Shown here in pieces: positions 26,887-36,605 of a DNA stretch of 64,000 bases; positions within the stretch are counted from its first letter, which is position 1, and every line of letters begins with the position of its first letter. The notes under the pieces were generated by a model, which made no database searches, was not told the DNA's origin, and saw only the letters and a list, made by a program, of their open reading frames with translations. Location of the stretch: NCBI GenBank assembly GCA_039630545.1, contig JBCNUU010000006.1, positions 39,949-103,948 of the forward strand. The letters are read 5' to 3'. The stretch is from Endomicrobiia bacterium. Its GTDB lineage: Bacteria; Elusimicrobiota; Endomicrobiia; DTEH01. A program made the translations under genes and the position numbers.

Positions 26887-28155
26887 TTATTTAATTGTTT
26901 TTCTTAACATATCTAATGCTGCATTTACTGCTTGCTCTTTTACTTCTACTCTTGAACCAAAAAATCTAAAACACTTTGTATTGAAGTTTTTCCCATCATA
27001 TATACAAATCCAAACTGTCCCTATCGGTTTTTCTTTTGTAGCACCTGTTGGACCTGCAATGCCTGAAATAGAAACACAATAGTCAGCATAAGTAATGTTT
27101 TTAAGTCCAACACACATCTCTTTTACTGTTTCTTCAGAAACAGCTCCATATGTATCTAATGTCTCTTTTTTTACTCCTAAGAGTTTCATCTTTAAGGCAT
27201 TTGAATAAGCTACCACTCCTCCTAAAAAATAAAAAGAACTACCTGGAATGTTTGTGATTCTGTTTGCCAAAAGTCCACCTGTACACGACTCTGCAACAGC
27301 AACTGTTTTTTTATGTCTGCCCAAAGATAAACCCACCACCTGCTCCAGGCTAACTTTTCCCTCAGCAAAAACAGCATCCTTGTTGTCTGAGTTTATAAAG
27401 CAATCATAAATTTCTTTTTTTATGAGTTTTAGTTCTTCATCAACTTTTAGTTCGTCTTCTCCTGAAACAGTTATTACTATATCTACAACATTTAAATGAG
27501 GGAGTATCCCAAAATCAACCTCTGAGGAGTATTTTTTTTGTGTCTCCACAACTGGTTTTATTATTTCTTCAATTTTTGATTCTGGGATATTACAAACCTT
27601 AAGTATTTCTTCTTTTGTAATTTTAGTTTGAAATTTTGTAAGAAAAGGAAACACATACTCATCAAACATCGGTTGAAGTTCTCTTGGAGGACCCGGTAAG
27701 ACAAAGATTATTTTTTGCTTTTTATCTTTTTTAGTTATTATTTTTTCTCCTGGAGCATGACCTACTTTATTAAACAAAACTTCAGCTCCCTCTACTACAT
27801 ATGCTTGCCTTTCAGCAAGTTTTGGAACTTCTTGATTTTTCTCAATAAAGTGCCTCACTATGTTTTCATATACTTCTTTTATAAAAACTGTTTTCCTATC
27901 TAAAACATAAGCAACGGTTTCTACTGTTATATCGTCAAGTGTAGGACCAATACCACCTGTAATAAAAATAACATCCGATACCTCAATATGATAATTTAAA
28001 ATTTCAGCAAGAGTATCCTTATCATCAGGAACAGTAGAGCAAAAATTAATTTTTAAGCCTATCGATGATAGTTTTTTTGCAATATAAAAAAGGTTAGTGT
28101 TTGGTTTTTCTTTTAACAATTCAGAGCCTGTTGAGATAACTGAAATTTTAACCAT
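26887..28155 (-). CDS. cinA: Competence/damage-inducible protein CinA (MoCF-like + NMN deamidase)
   Basis: GGIGPTLDD, LPGPP, AESCTGG, GAVS, GIAGP. Confidence 0.95.
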   Translation of the reverse strand: MVKISVISTGSELLKEKPNTNLFYIAKKLSSIGLKINFCSTVPDDKDTLAEILNYHIEVSDVIFITGGIGPTLDDITVETVAYVLDRKTVFIKEVYENIVRHFIEKNQEVPKLAERQAYVVEGAEVLFNKVGHAPGEKIITKKDKKQKIIFVLPGPPRELQPMFDEYVFPFLTKFQTKITKEEILKVCNIPESKIEEIIKPVVETQKKYSSEVDFGILPHLNVVDIVITVSGEDELKVDEELKLIKKEIYDCFINSDNKDAVFAEGKVSLEQVVGLSLGRHKKTVAVAESCTGGLLANRITNIPGSSFYFLGGVVAYSNALKMKLLGVKKETLDTYGAVSEETVKEMCVGLKNITYADYCVSISGIAGPTGATKEKPIGTVWICIYDGKNFNTKCFRFFGSRVEVKEQAVNAALDMLRKTIK

Positions 28156-28170
28156 ATTAATTAAAAATTT

Positions 28171-28470
28171 TTAGTGCACAAACCCTATTTTAGGTACTTG
28201 TTTTGGTTCTGTTTTTATTTCTCCAAATTTTTCTTCGTATTTTTTAATATTATCTTGTAAAGCAGACAGAAACCTTTTTATATGCCCTGGAGAAGTAATA
28301 ACTCTTGCTCTAACTTTTGCTTTTGGAACTTGTGGTTGAATAAATATAAAATCTAAGATAAACTCATCAGGTGAGTGACTTATAATTGCTAAGTTAGAAT
28401 ATACTCCCTGAGCAGTTAAATCGTCAATTTCTATTTGTATTTGTTGATCTTTTATTTCTTTTTCTTCCAT
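28171..28470 (-). CDS. DUF3467 family protein
   Basis: GVYSNLAII.HS..EFILDF...SP.H.KR...YE..FGEI. Confidence 0.85.
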   Translation of the reverse strand: MEEKEIKDQQIQIEIDDLTAQGVYSNLAIISHSPDEFILDFIFIQPQVPKAKVRARVITSPGHIKRFLSALQDNIKKYEEKFGEIKTEPKQVPKIGFVH

Positions 28471-28500
28471 AAAAATCCTCCATAGATTATTAATTGGATA

Positions 28501-29385
28501 CTAACTTTTTCTAAAAAGATAAACCATAAGTGCTTTTTGTACATACAATCTGTTTTCTGCTTGTTTTATTACTATTGAATTTTTACCATCTAAAACTTCA
28601 TCTGTTATCTCCAAACCACGATTTGCTGGTAGACAATGCATCACTATACAATCAGGCTTTGCCAGAGATAAAAGTTTAGAATTTACTTGATATGGTTTAA
28701 AAATCTTTATTCTTTTTTTCTTTTCTTTTTCTTGTCCCATTGAAATCCACACATCTGTGTAAATCACATCTGCATTTTTTATAAATTCTAAACTTTCAGA
28801 AATTACTATATTTTTAGAAAAATTTCCTTTTGGTTGAAATTTTTTAGGTATAATAAAATATGACTGCATACCTAAAATTTCAGATATATATATTAAAGAT
28901 AAACATACATTGTTAGCGTCACCTATATACACAAACTTAATTTTGTTTATATTATCCAATGAAACTTTTTTTTGTTCTAATATACTCCAAACATCAGATA
29001 GAACCTGACAGGGATGTTCTTTGTCACTTAGTGCATTTATTACAGGAATTTTTGAATATTTTGTAAATTCTAACAAAGTTTCATGCTTATTTACTCTTAA
29101 AATCAATCCATCTAAATAACAGTTAAAAATATTTGCAGTATCTTTTATTGTCTCTCCACGAGAAAGTTGCAGTTGTTTTTCATCCAGTTCTATAGGCATT
29201 CCCCCCAACTGTCGAATTCCTACTTCAAAAGAAATCCTTGTTCTTGTTGACGGTTTTTCAAAAATTAAACCAATATATTTGTTCTTTAGTTCTAAAGTTA
29301 GCTCTTTAGTTGTGTACACAGGTACTAAATCATAAATTTCTTTTATTTGCTGTTTTGTTAAATCTTTTATACTTATGAAGTGCAT
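28501..29385 (-). CDS. argF: Ornithine carbamoyltransferase
   Basis: STRT, HPCQ, DVWISMG, HCLP, QAENR. Confidence 0.96.
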   Translation of the reverse strand: MHFISIKDLTKQQIKEIYDLVPVYTTKELTLELKNKYIGLIFEKPSTRTRISFEVGIRQLGGMPIELDEKQLQLSRGETIKDTANIFNCYLDGLILRVNKHETLLEFTKYSKIPVINALSDKEHPCQVLSDVWSILEQKKVSLDNINKIKFVYIGDANNVCLSLIYISEILGMQSYFIIPKKFQPKGNFSKNIVISESLEFIKNADVIYTDVWISMGQEKEKKKRIKIFKPYQVNSKLLSLAKPDCIVMHCLPANRGLEITDEVLDGKNSIVIKQAENRLYVQKALMVYLFRKS

Positions 29386-29391
29386 AATAAG

Positions 29392-30291
29392 TTACTTTAT
29401 TTTTACTCCTTCGTTTACAAATGATAAAATTTTTAATTCACAATTAAGTATGTTTGTAATCTTTTGTTTAACTTTTTCTAATAAATTTTCATCTAAATCA
29501 GCTTTTTTATAAAGTGCTACAACTGTTGAACCAGAACCACTTAACATACAACACAAAGCTTTGTTTTCTAAACATATCTTGAATACAACATTCATCCATG
29601 GCATAAGTTTTTTTCTATATGGTTGATGCAAAAAATCTTCTGCTGCAAATTTAAGAAATTCATATCTTTTAGCAACTAATGAAGATACAAGCATTGCTAC
29701 ATTAGAAACATTTTTTACAGCATTTTTGAAATTAATATTATTGGGCAAAACTTCTCTTGCTTTCTGTGTAGAAATCTTTTTTTGCGGGATAATAGCTAAA
29801 ACCAAAAGTTCTTTTGGAATAGGTAATTTCACAAACTTAACTTTACCGTCTATAACACTACTTACACACAATCCACCAAACATACAAGGCACAACATTGT
29901 CAGGATGCCCTTCAAGTTCACAAGCAATGTTTATTAACTCATATTCAGATAACGGTTCTCCACATAAAATGTTTCCAGCAACTACACCTGCAACATATGC
30001 TGTAGCAGAAGAACCAAGTCCACGCTGCAATGGGATGTTGTTTTTAATATAAATTTCTAAAGAAGGTAAAGCATTTTTTGTTAATTTAAAAATTTTTTTG
30101 ATCGCTCTGTATACTAAATTATTTTCATCTTTTACAACTAAATCTGCGTCTATACCTTCTACTTCGATTTTTAACCTGGCTTTATTACTTACAACATTTA
30201 TCTCAAATTCATTATATAAAGACAAAGAAGCTCCTAAACAGTCAAATCCTGGTCCTAAGTTTGCAGTTGTCGCTGGAGTTTTTATTTTCAT
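29392..30291 (-). CDS. thrB: Homoserine kinase
   Basis: PATTANLGPGFD, GLGSS, EGHPDN, HQPYR, SGSG. Confidence 0.96.
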   Translation of the reverse strand: MKIKTPATTANLGPGFDCLGASLSLYNEFEINVVSNKARLKIEVEGIDADLVVKDENNLVYRAIKKIFKLTKNALPSLEIYIKNNIPLQRGLGSSATAYVAGVVAGNILCGEPLSEYELINIACELEGHPDNVVPCMFGGLCVSSVIDGKVKFVKLPIPKELLVLAIIPQKKISTQKAREVLPNNINFKNAVKNVSNVAMLVSSLVAKRYEFLKFAAEDFLHQPYRKKLMPWMNVVFKICLENKALCCMLSGSGSTVVALYKKADLDENLLEKVKQKITNILNCELKILSFVNEGVKIK

Positions 30292-30308
30292 ATAGTAAAA
30301 TGAATAAT

Positions 30309-31595
30309 TTATATACCCAGTTTAGTAGACTCTTTCATTGCACAGTAGGAACCACACATTGAACATACTTTTTTTGTTTTACTTTGAATTTTTTTTCTTT
30401 CTTGCTCAAATTTAATTTTGTCAATAGCATATTTTTGCTGGAGAGCCCAGTTAAGGGATTTTCTTGCTTTTGACATCTCTAAATCAACTTTATCATCACC
30501 GAACTTTCTTCTTTTGACAATATCTGCTGCATGCGCTGCTATGCGTGCTGCTATTACTCCCTCATATACATCTTTCGGCGTAGGTAATCTTAAATGTTCT
30601 GCTGAAGTTACATAGCATATAAGATCTGCACCTGCTTTAGCAGCTATTGCTGCTCCTATTGCTGAGTTTATGTGATCGTATCCAGCAGCTATATCTGTAA
30701 CGAGTGGCCCCAAAAGATAGTATGGCTTTTCGCAAGTTAACTTTTTTTGCAATTTCACATGATCTTCAATTATATCCATTGGCATATGACCAGGACCTTC
30801 TATCATCACTTGGACGCCTTCTCTATTTGCAATTTCTGCTAATTCTGCCAATGTTTTTAATTCAGCAATTTGTGCTTTATCGTTTGCATCAAAAATGCTA
30901 CCAGGCCTTAAGGCGTCTCCTAAGCTAAGTGTTAAATTATATTTTTTAGAGATGCTTAACAATCTATCAAAATGTTCATAAAGTGGATTTTCTTTTTTGT
31001 TTTCAATTATCCACTCAGCAAGAAAAGAACCACCTCTACTTACTATTCCGCATACTCTTTTGTTTTTCTTTAATAGATCTATATTTTTTCTTGTTATTCC
31101 ACAATGAACAGTAATAAAATCAACACCATCTTCAGCATGTTTTTGTATTGTTTCAAATATGTGTTCTACCGATATGTCTTTTATTTTTTTGTTTTTTCTC
31201 AATGTCTCACAAACAACTTGATATATAGGTACTGTCCCTACAGGAACAGTTGAGTGTGATATAACCTGTTTTCTTATGTAATCCAGATCACCGCCTGTTG
31301 ATAAATCCATTACAGTGTCTGCTTTTGCTTTTATAGCAGCTTTTAGTTTTTCTAATTCGAACTTTATATCAACTTTATCTGGAGATGTACCTATGTTTGC
31401 GTTTACTTTTGTTTTTAAGTTTTTCCCTACAGCAGAAGGTTGTATTTTTGATTTTACATTTTTTAAAATTACTACTTTACCATCAAGTATATTTTTTATT
31501 AAATCTTTAAAACAAACATTTTCTTCATCAGATATTTTTTTTATCAACTGATAAGTGTTTTTATCTTTTATTTTTAGTTTCTCTATTATACTCAT
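30309..31595 (-). CDS. thiC: Phosphomethylpyrimidine synthase
   Basis: KVNANIG, MDLSTGG, SRGGS, EGPGH, C-terminal CSMCGSYC. Confidence 0.97.
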   Translation of the reverse strand: MSIIEKLKIKDKNTYQLIKKISDEENVCFKDLIKNILDGKVVILKNVKSKIQPSAVGKNLKTKVNANIGTSPDKVDIKFELEKLKAAIKAKADTVMDLSTGGDLDYIRKQVISHSTVPVGTVPIYQVVCETLRKNKKIKDISVEHIFETIQKHAEDGVDFITVHCGITRKNIDLLKKNKRVCGIVSRGGSFLAEWIIENKKENPLYEHFDRLLSISKKYNLTLSLGDALRPGSIFDANDKAQIAELKTLAELAEIANREGVQVMIEGPGHMPMDIIEDHVKLQKKLTCEKPYYLLGPLVTDIAAGYDHINSAIGAAIAAKAGADLICYVTSAEHLRLPTPKDVYEGVIAARIAAHAADIVKRRKFGDDKVDLEMSKARKSLNWALQQKYAIDKIKFEQERKKIQSKTKKVCSMCGSYCAMKESTKLGI

Positions 31596-31657
31596 CTTTT
31601 CTCCTTAAAAAGCAGCTAAGTTTTTATACCAAAATATACTAAAGGAATTCAACATAA

Positions 31658-32416
31658 TCAATAAAATTCGGATTTAAACCAGTTGTTGAGGGTTGTTTTA
31701 AAAAGATTAACTAATAAAGTATGTGTTGTTAGATTAAGTTCATCTTGCCTTATTGGCGGGAAAATTTTTATATAGAGGGAATTTCCAGGGTTTACTTTGC
31801 CAATATCTTTTATTATTTTGCCCATTTCTAAAAAATCTGTTTTTACACATATCGGAAGTAATTCTACTTTAAAGATCCTTGCAAGCTTAATACCAATTTT
31901 ATTGAATTTTTTTTCGTTTATAAATTTAGTTCTGGTAGCTTGAGGGAATACAATTATTGAAATTCCTTTATTGAATAATTTTTTTGTGTTTTTTAAAACG
32001 ACTTCAAAATCTTTTTTGGGATTTTTTCTTGTAACAGATATTGGCTCAAGAAATTTTATAAGTTTACCTAAAATAGGATACCTAAGCAAGCTCTCTTTTA
32101 CAACAAACGAAATTTTAAAGTATTTACCTATTAAATAACCAAAAAGTAAAGTCTCTAAACTGCTCATATGATTGCTTACAATTACTGCTGGAGGAGAGAC
32201 TTTTTTAAGATTTTCCTGGCCTTCTATATATACTTTTGCACCTAACTTGTAAACTAAATTTAAAATTTTCCTGGAATAATATATATAATATCGCCATGAA
32301 TAGGTTTTAAATAAAATTCTAAAATAAGCTATCAAAAAAATTAAAAATAAATTTGTATAAAAATAAATAGATGCAAAAAAAGGAATTTTAAAGATTAATT
32401 TTAGCAAATTACTCAT
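31658..32416 (-). CDS. Lysophospholipid acyltransferase (PlsC family)
   Basis: NHMSSLE, FVVKESL, FPQATR. Confidence 0.85.
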   Translation of the reverse strand: MSNLLKLIFKIPFFASIYFYTNLFLIFLIAYFRILFKTYSWRYYIYYSRKILNLVYKLGAKVYIEGQENLKKVSPPAVIVSNHMSSLETLLFGYLIGKYFKISFVVKESLLRYPILGKLIKFLEPISVTRKNPKKDFEVVLKNTKKLFNKGISIIVFPQATRTKFINEKKFNKIGIKLARIFKVELLPICVKTDFLEMGKIIKDIGKVNPGNSLYIKIFPPIRQDELNLTTHTLLVNLFKTTLNNWFKSEFY

Positions 32417-33033
32417 TTAAATATGGATTTTAATTTGAAAACTTCTCTTTTAAGATCAGCAATTTTTAGCGCGCTAATTACAGCTATTGCTGAAGGCTTT
32501 ATCTCTTTTAGCAGTTCAACATTTTTAGAGTTTATCCCTCCTATAGCCACAACCGGCATTTTATTTTTAGCAAGCAAAACCACCTCTTTAACTGTTTGTA
32601 AACCTACTGGCTTATAGTCTTTTGTGCTGGTAGGAAAAACCGGTCCAATTGAAATATAATCTACAGGCATCTTCAAAGCTTCTTTGGCTTGCTGAAATGA
32701 GTGAGTAGAAACCCCAATAATAAAATTTTTGCTTTTTATTTTTAGTAATTTTCTTACTACTTCTGCAGGAAGATCATCCTGTCCAAGATGAACACCATCT
32801 GCTTTTACTAACAAAGCAATATCTACCCTATCATCAATTATAAAAGGAATTTTTTTAGAAGCAAGAATTTTTTTTATATTTAAAGCAACAGAGTAAAAAA
32901 ACTTATCTGAAAAATTTTTAATTCTTAATTGAATAACATCTGGATTAAATTTTATAAGCTTTCTTGTAAAGCTTATGTACTCCTGTAAAGTTTCAAACTC
33001 TGGCAAAATACAATACAAACCTTTTATTTTCAT
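32413..33033 (-). CDS. thiE: Thiamine-phosphate synthase
   Basis: QLRIK, DDRVD, GVHLGQDD, STH, PTSTK, AIGGI. Confidence 0.95.
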   Translation of the reverse strand: MKIKGLYCILPEFETLQEYISFTRKLIKFNPDVIQLRIKNFSDKFFYSVALNIKKILASKKIPFIIDDRVDIALLVKADGVHLGQDDLPAEVVRKLLKIKSKNFIIGVSTHSFQQAKEALKMPVDYISIGPVFPTSTKDYKPVGLQTVKEVVLLAKNKMPVVAIGGINSKNVELLKEIKPSAIAVISALKIADLKREVFKLKSIFK

Positions 33034-33431
33034 TTGAAAATTTTTTTTATGATTTCCTTTTCTAAATCATATATCTTATATCTTATTTTTTTTAACTTTA
33101 ACACATTTTTTATATCAACCAACTTTGATAGTTCCTCAAGAACTCTCAAAGATTCACTTACCCGATGGAAGTTCGAAATTAAAAGCTGATTTATATTTTT
33201 ATATTTTTTTTCTTTTGCAGAAATTCCTGGATCAGAAATACTGTTTCTCTGGAATACAGTTGAAGGATAAAATTTTAAAAAAAGTTTTGGTATTTTGTGC
33301 CTTATTTCTCTTAAAGCTTTATATTTTGATTCAAACCTATAAACAAATCTTAAAGTTTCTTCTATCACTCTTAAACCTTCTGTGATTCTGTTAATGTTAG
33401 CATCAATTATTCTTAAAATTTTTTTATTCAT
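33030..33431 (-). CDS. ThiD2-like protein (stand-alone N-terminal domain of cyanobacterial-type ThiE)
   Basis: RIIDANINRITEGLRVIEE...N..RVSESLRVLEE...RY.IY.LE. Confidence 0.85.
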   Translation of the reverse strand: MNKKILRIIDANINRITEGLRVIEETLRFVYRFESKYKALREIRHKIPKLFLKFYPSTVFQRNSISDPGISAKEKKYKNINQLLISNFHRVSESLRVLEELSKLVDIKNVLKLKKIRYKIYDLEKEIIKKIFK

Positions 33432-33889
33432 AAACTTTGGAGTTTTAATATTTTTTTAATAATGTTAGTAGTAGATTTTCCTTTTTTAAGCTTTATTCTT
33501 ACAACTTCTGGCACAATACCCCAGCCTACTATATCTTTTACTTTATAGTCTGCGCCTTTTACTAAGATATCTGGTTTTATCTCTGCAATAAGTTTATAGG
33601 GAGTATCCTCTTTAAACAAAATCACATAATCAACATATCTTATACTGTCTAAGACTTCAGCACGATCTTTCTGAGAGTTTATAGGTCTCTGCGGACCTTT
33701 GATTCTTTTAATTGATTTATCTGTGTTTAAACCAACTATCAAAACATCTCCTAGATTTTTTGCTTCTTTTAAAAGTTTAATATGTCCAGAATGAATAATA
33801 TCAAAACACCCGTTTGTAAAAACTAATTTCTTGTTTTCTTTTTTTAGTTTTTTTAGTATCTTTTTAAATTTTTTAAGAGTTACTATCAT
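33428..33889 (-). CDS. rfaE2: D-glycero-beta-D-manno-heptose 1-phosphate adenylyltransferase
   Basis: FTNGCFDIIHSGH, KGPQRP, LVKGADY, STT. Confidence 0.93.
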   Translation of the reverse strand: MIVTLKKFKKILKKLKKENKKLVFTNGCFDIIHSGHIKLLKEAKNLGDVLIVGLNTDKSIKRIKGPQRPINSQKDRAEVLDSIRYVDYVILFKEDTPYKLIAEIKPDILVKGADYKVKDIVGWGIVPEVVRIKLKKGKSTTNIIKKILKLQSL

Positions 33890-33903
33890 AGGTTATATAA
33901 TTA

Positions 33904-34476
33904 CTAAAAAAGCTTTTTTTCTACTAATTCACATATTATGTGAATAATGGTAATATGCATCTCTTGTATTCTTGGAGTATCATTTGATGGAACACAGATG
34001 CAATATTTCACCATGTCTTTTAACTTTCCTCCACTTAAACCTGTAAGTCCCACAGTTACACATTTAAGCTTGTTAGCAGTTTCAATAGCTTTTAATACAT
34101 TTGGTGAGTTTCCACTGGTAGAAATTCCAACAACTATATCACCTTTTTCAGCACATGCCTCAATTTGACGACTAAAGACAATCTCATAAGCATAATCATT
34201 GCCTAAAGCTGTAATAGTTGAAGTATTAGTTGATAAAGCAACTGCATTTAAGGCTTTTCTTTCTTTTTTATATCTTCCAACAAGTTCTGCAACCATATGT
34301 TGTGCATCTTCAGCAGAACCTCCGTTTCCAAAAACTATAATTTTTTTGTCTTTTTTAAAAGCATATATTATTTCTTCTACAACTCTGGATAGAACTTTAA
34401 TCTGCTTTTGATTTTTTAAAAAATTTTGTTTTATTGTTATACTCTCTTCTATAAGCGATTTTATTTCTTTTTGCAT
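33904..34476 (-). CDS. gmhA: Phosphoheptose isomerase
   Basis: GNGGSA.DAQH, GNDY, STSGNS, RIQEMH. Confidence 0.96.
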   Translation of the reverse strand: MQKEIKSLIEESITIKQNFLKNQKQIKVLSRVVEEIIYAFKKDKKIIVFGNGGSAEDAQHMVAELVGRYKKERKALNAVALSTNTSTITALGNDYAYEIVFSRQIEACAEKGDIVVGISTSGNSPNVLKAIETANKLKCVTVGLTGLSGGKLKDMVKYCICVPSNDTPRIQEMHITIIHIICELVEKKLF

Positions 34477-34547
34477 ATTATGACTCCTTTAAAAAAGAGG
34501 CTCTTTTTGGTATTACTAAATTATTCCTGCCTTTTTCAATACTATTG

Positions 34548-34576
34548 TTGATTTAGAGAATTTTTTATTATATATT
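34548..34576 (+). promoter_or_regulatory. Putative sigma70 promoter, probably leaderless transcript
   Basis: TTGATT-17 nt-TATATT ending 6 nt before ATG 34583; no SD. Confidence 0.55.
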
Positions 34577-34582
34577 TACAAT

Positions 34583-35398
34583 ATGAACAGAAAATCACAA
34601 TTTGCAGGTAGCTGGTATCCTTCCAGCCTAAAAGAAGCAAAAAGTTATCTGTCTCCTGTAGCAAAAGATAAAAAAATAGATGTATTTGGATGTATATGCC
34701 CCCATGCAGGCTGGCTTTATTCTGGAAAAGTTGCAGGAGAAGTTTACTCTATTATAACCCCAGCTGATGTATATATTCTGCTTGGGCCAAATCATACAGG
34801 ATTAGGAGAAAACATTGCAGTTTATCCAGAAGGAAAATGGGAATTTCCTTTTGGAGAAGTAGAAATAGAAAAAAATCTTGTAGATTTGATAGTAAAAAAT
34901 TCTGAATTTGCAAAAAAGGATACAAAGGCTCACCAAAGAGAACATTCTTTAGAAGTTCATATTCCATTTCTTCAACTTATTACAGACAGAGAATTTAAAA
35001 TAGTACCTATAACTATAAAAGTAGAAGATTATGAAATGTGCAAGGACCTAGGGAATAGTATATTTTTTTCAATAAAAGAATATCTAAAAACAAACAAAGA
35101 CAAAAAAATAATAATAATTGCCTCAACCGATATGACCCATTATGAATCACAAAGTTATGCTTATAAACTTGATACACTTGCCATTGAAGAAATTTTAAAA
35201 CTTTCACCAAAAGGTCTTTATGACATTGTGCTCTCTTACGGAATAAGTATGTGTGGAGTTTATCCTACGGTTTCTGCATTAATAGCATTAAAACTTCTTG
35301 GCGCAAAAAAGGCAGAGGTAATAAAATATCAAACAAGTGGAGATGTTACAGGAGAATATGACTCTGTAGTGGGATATGCTGGAATAATAATTTACTAA
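34583..35398 (+). CDS. amrB: MEMO1-family protein (AmmeMemoRadiSam system protein B)
   Basis: AGSWYP, PHAG, GPNH, EHSLE, STDMTHY, SMCG, VGY. Confidence 0.93.
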   Translation: MNRKSQFAGSWYPSSLKEAKSYLSPVAKDKKIDVFGCICPHAGWLYSGKVAGEVYSIITPADVYILLGPNHTGLGENIAVYPEGKWEFPFGEVEIEKNLVDLIVKNSEFAKKDTKAHQREHSLEVHIPFLQLITDREFKIVPITIKVEDYEMCKDLGNSIFFSIKEYLKTNKDKKIIIIASTDMTHYESQSYAYKLDTLAIEEILKLSPKGLYDIVLSYGISMCGVYPTVSALIALKLLGAKKAEVIKYQTSGDVTGEYDSVVGYAGIIIY

Positions 35399-35402
35399 AA
35401 AT

Positions 35403-36605
35403 ATGATAAAGCGAGTTGTTCTTGTTGTACTGGACGGTTTAGGAGTTGGTTATTTAAATGACGCAAAAGAATACAATGATGAAGGTACAAATACCTTAAC
35501 TCATATCTACCAACAAATTCCAAATTTTTCTCTCCCAAACCTGGCTAAGTTAGGTTTGTATAATCTTATTGAAAATTGCAAGTTTAAATATAAAAACTGC
35601 ATTGGAAGTTATACCAAAATGGCTGAGTTATCAAAAGGCAAAGATACTATTACAGGACACTGGGAAATCACAGGTATAGTTGTAGAAACACCCTTTCCTA
35701 CATATCCTAAAGGGTTTCCAGAAGAGATAATTAAAGAATTTGAAAAAAGAATAGGCACAAAAACACTTGGCAACATTCCAGCTTCAGGAACAGAAATTTT
35801 AAAACTTTTAGGTGAAAAACATCTTAAAACTGGATATCCTATAATATATACTTCTGCTGACAGTGTCTTTCAAATAGCAGCTCATGAAAAGGTTATACCT
35901 GTAGAAAAACTTTATTACTACTGTCAAATAGCAAGAGAGATGTTAGGAAATCCTCCTTTTGAAAAACACAAAGTAGCAAGAGTAATAGCAAGACCTTTTA
36001 CAGGCACAAATAAAAAAAATTTCACAAGAACATCGAAAAGAAAAGACTTTAGTCTTAAACCTCCCACTAAAACTATACTTGACTACATACAAGAATCTAA
36101 AGGAAAAGTTGTAGCTTTAGGGAAAATAGAGGATATATTTGCAAATCAGGGAATCAGTGTTTCTTTTCATACAACCAATAATACTGAAACCTTAAAAGAA
36201 ATTTTGAGTGTTTTAAAAAACTTCAAACAAAACAAAACTCTAATCTTTGCTAATCTTGTTGACTTTGATACACTGTGGGGACACAGAAGAGATGTTTCAG
36301 GATACTATGAAGCTCTTAAATTTTTTGACAATAAATTAGTAGATATTATTAATTACCTAGATGAAAACGATTTGTTAATAATCACATCGGATCACGGAAA
36401 TGATCCCACCTACAAAGTTCACACAGATCACACAAGAGAATTCGTTCCTTTGATTTTATTCTCTAAAAGTAAGAAGTTTAAAACAAATATTAAGCTTAAA
36501 ATAAGAAAAACATTCGCTGACATAGCAAAAAGTATAGAAGAAATCTTCCAACTAAAAACAAAACTTCAAACCGGAGAGAGTTTTATTAAAGAAATTTTTG
36601 CCTGA
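35403..36605 (+). CDS. deoB: Phosphopentomutase
   Basis: VLDGLGVG, GKDTITGHWE, YTSADSV, RVIARPF, GHRRD, DHGNDP, DHTRE. Confidence 0.97.
   Translation: MIKRVVLVVLDGLGVGYLNDAKEYNDEGTNTLTHIYQQIPNFSLPNLAKLGLYNLIENCKFKYKNCIGSYTKMAELSKGKDTITGHWEITGIVVETPFPTYPKGFPEEIIKEFEKRIGTKTLGNIPASGTEILKLLGEKHLKTGYPIIYTSADSVFQIAAHEKVIPVEKLYYYCQIAREMLGNPPFEKHKVARVIARPFTGTNKKNFTRTSKRKDFSLKPPTKTILDYIQESKGKVVALGKIEDIFANQGISVSFHTTNNTETLKEILSVLKNFKQNKTLIFANLVDFDTLWGHRRDVSGYYEALKFFDNKLVDIINYLDENDLLIITSDHGNDPTYKVHTDHTREFVPLILFSKSKKFKTNIKLKIRKTFADIAKSIEEIFQLKTKLQTGESFIKEIFA

Noticed and set aside
31596..31657. TPP riboswitch upstream of thiC
   Set aside because: The region is too short and lacks the conserved CTGAGA and pyrophosphate-helix motifs.
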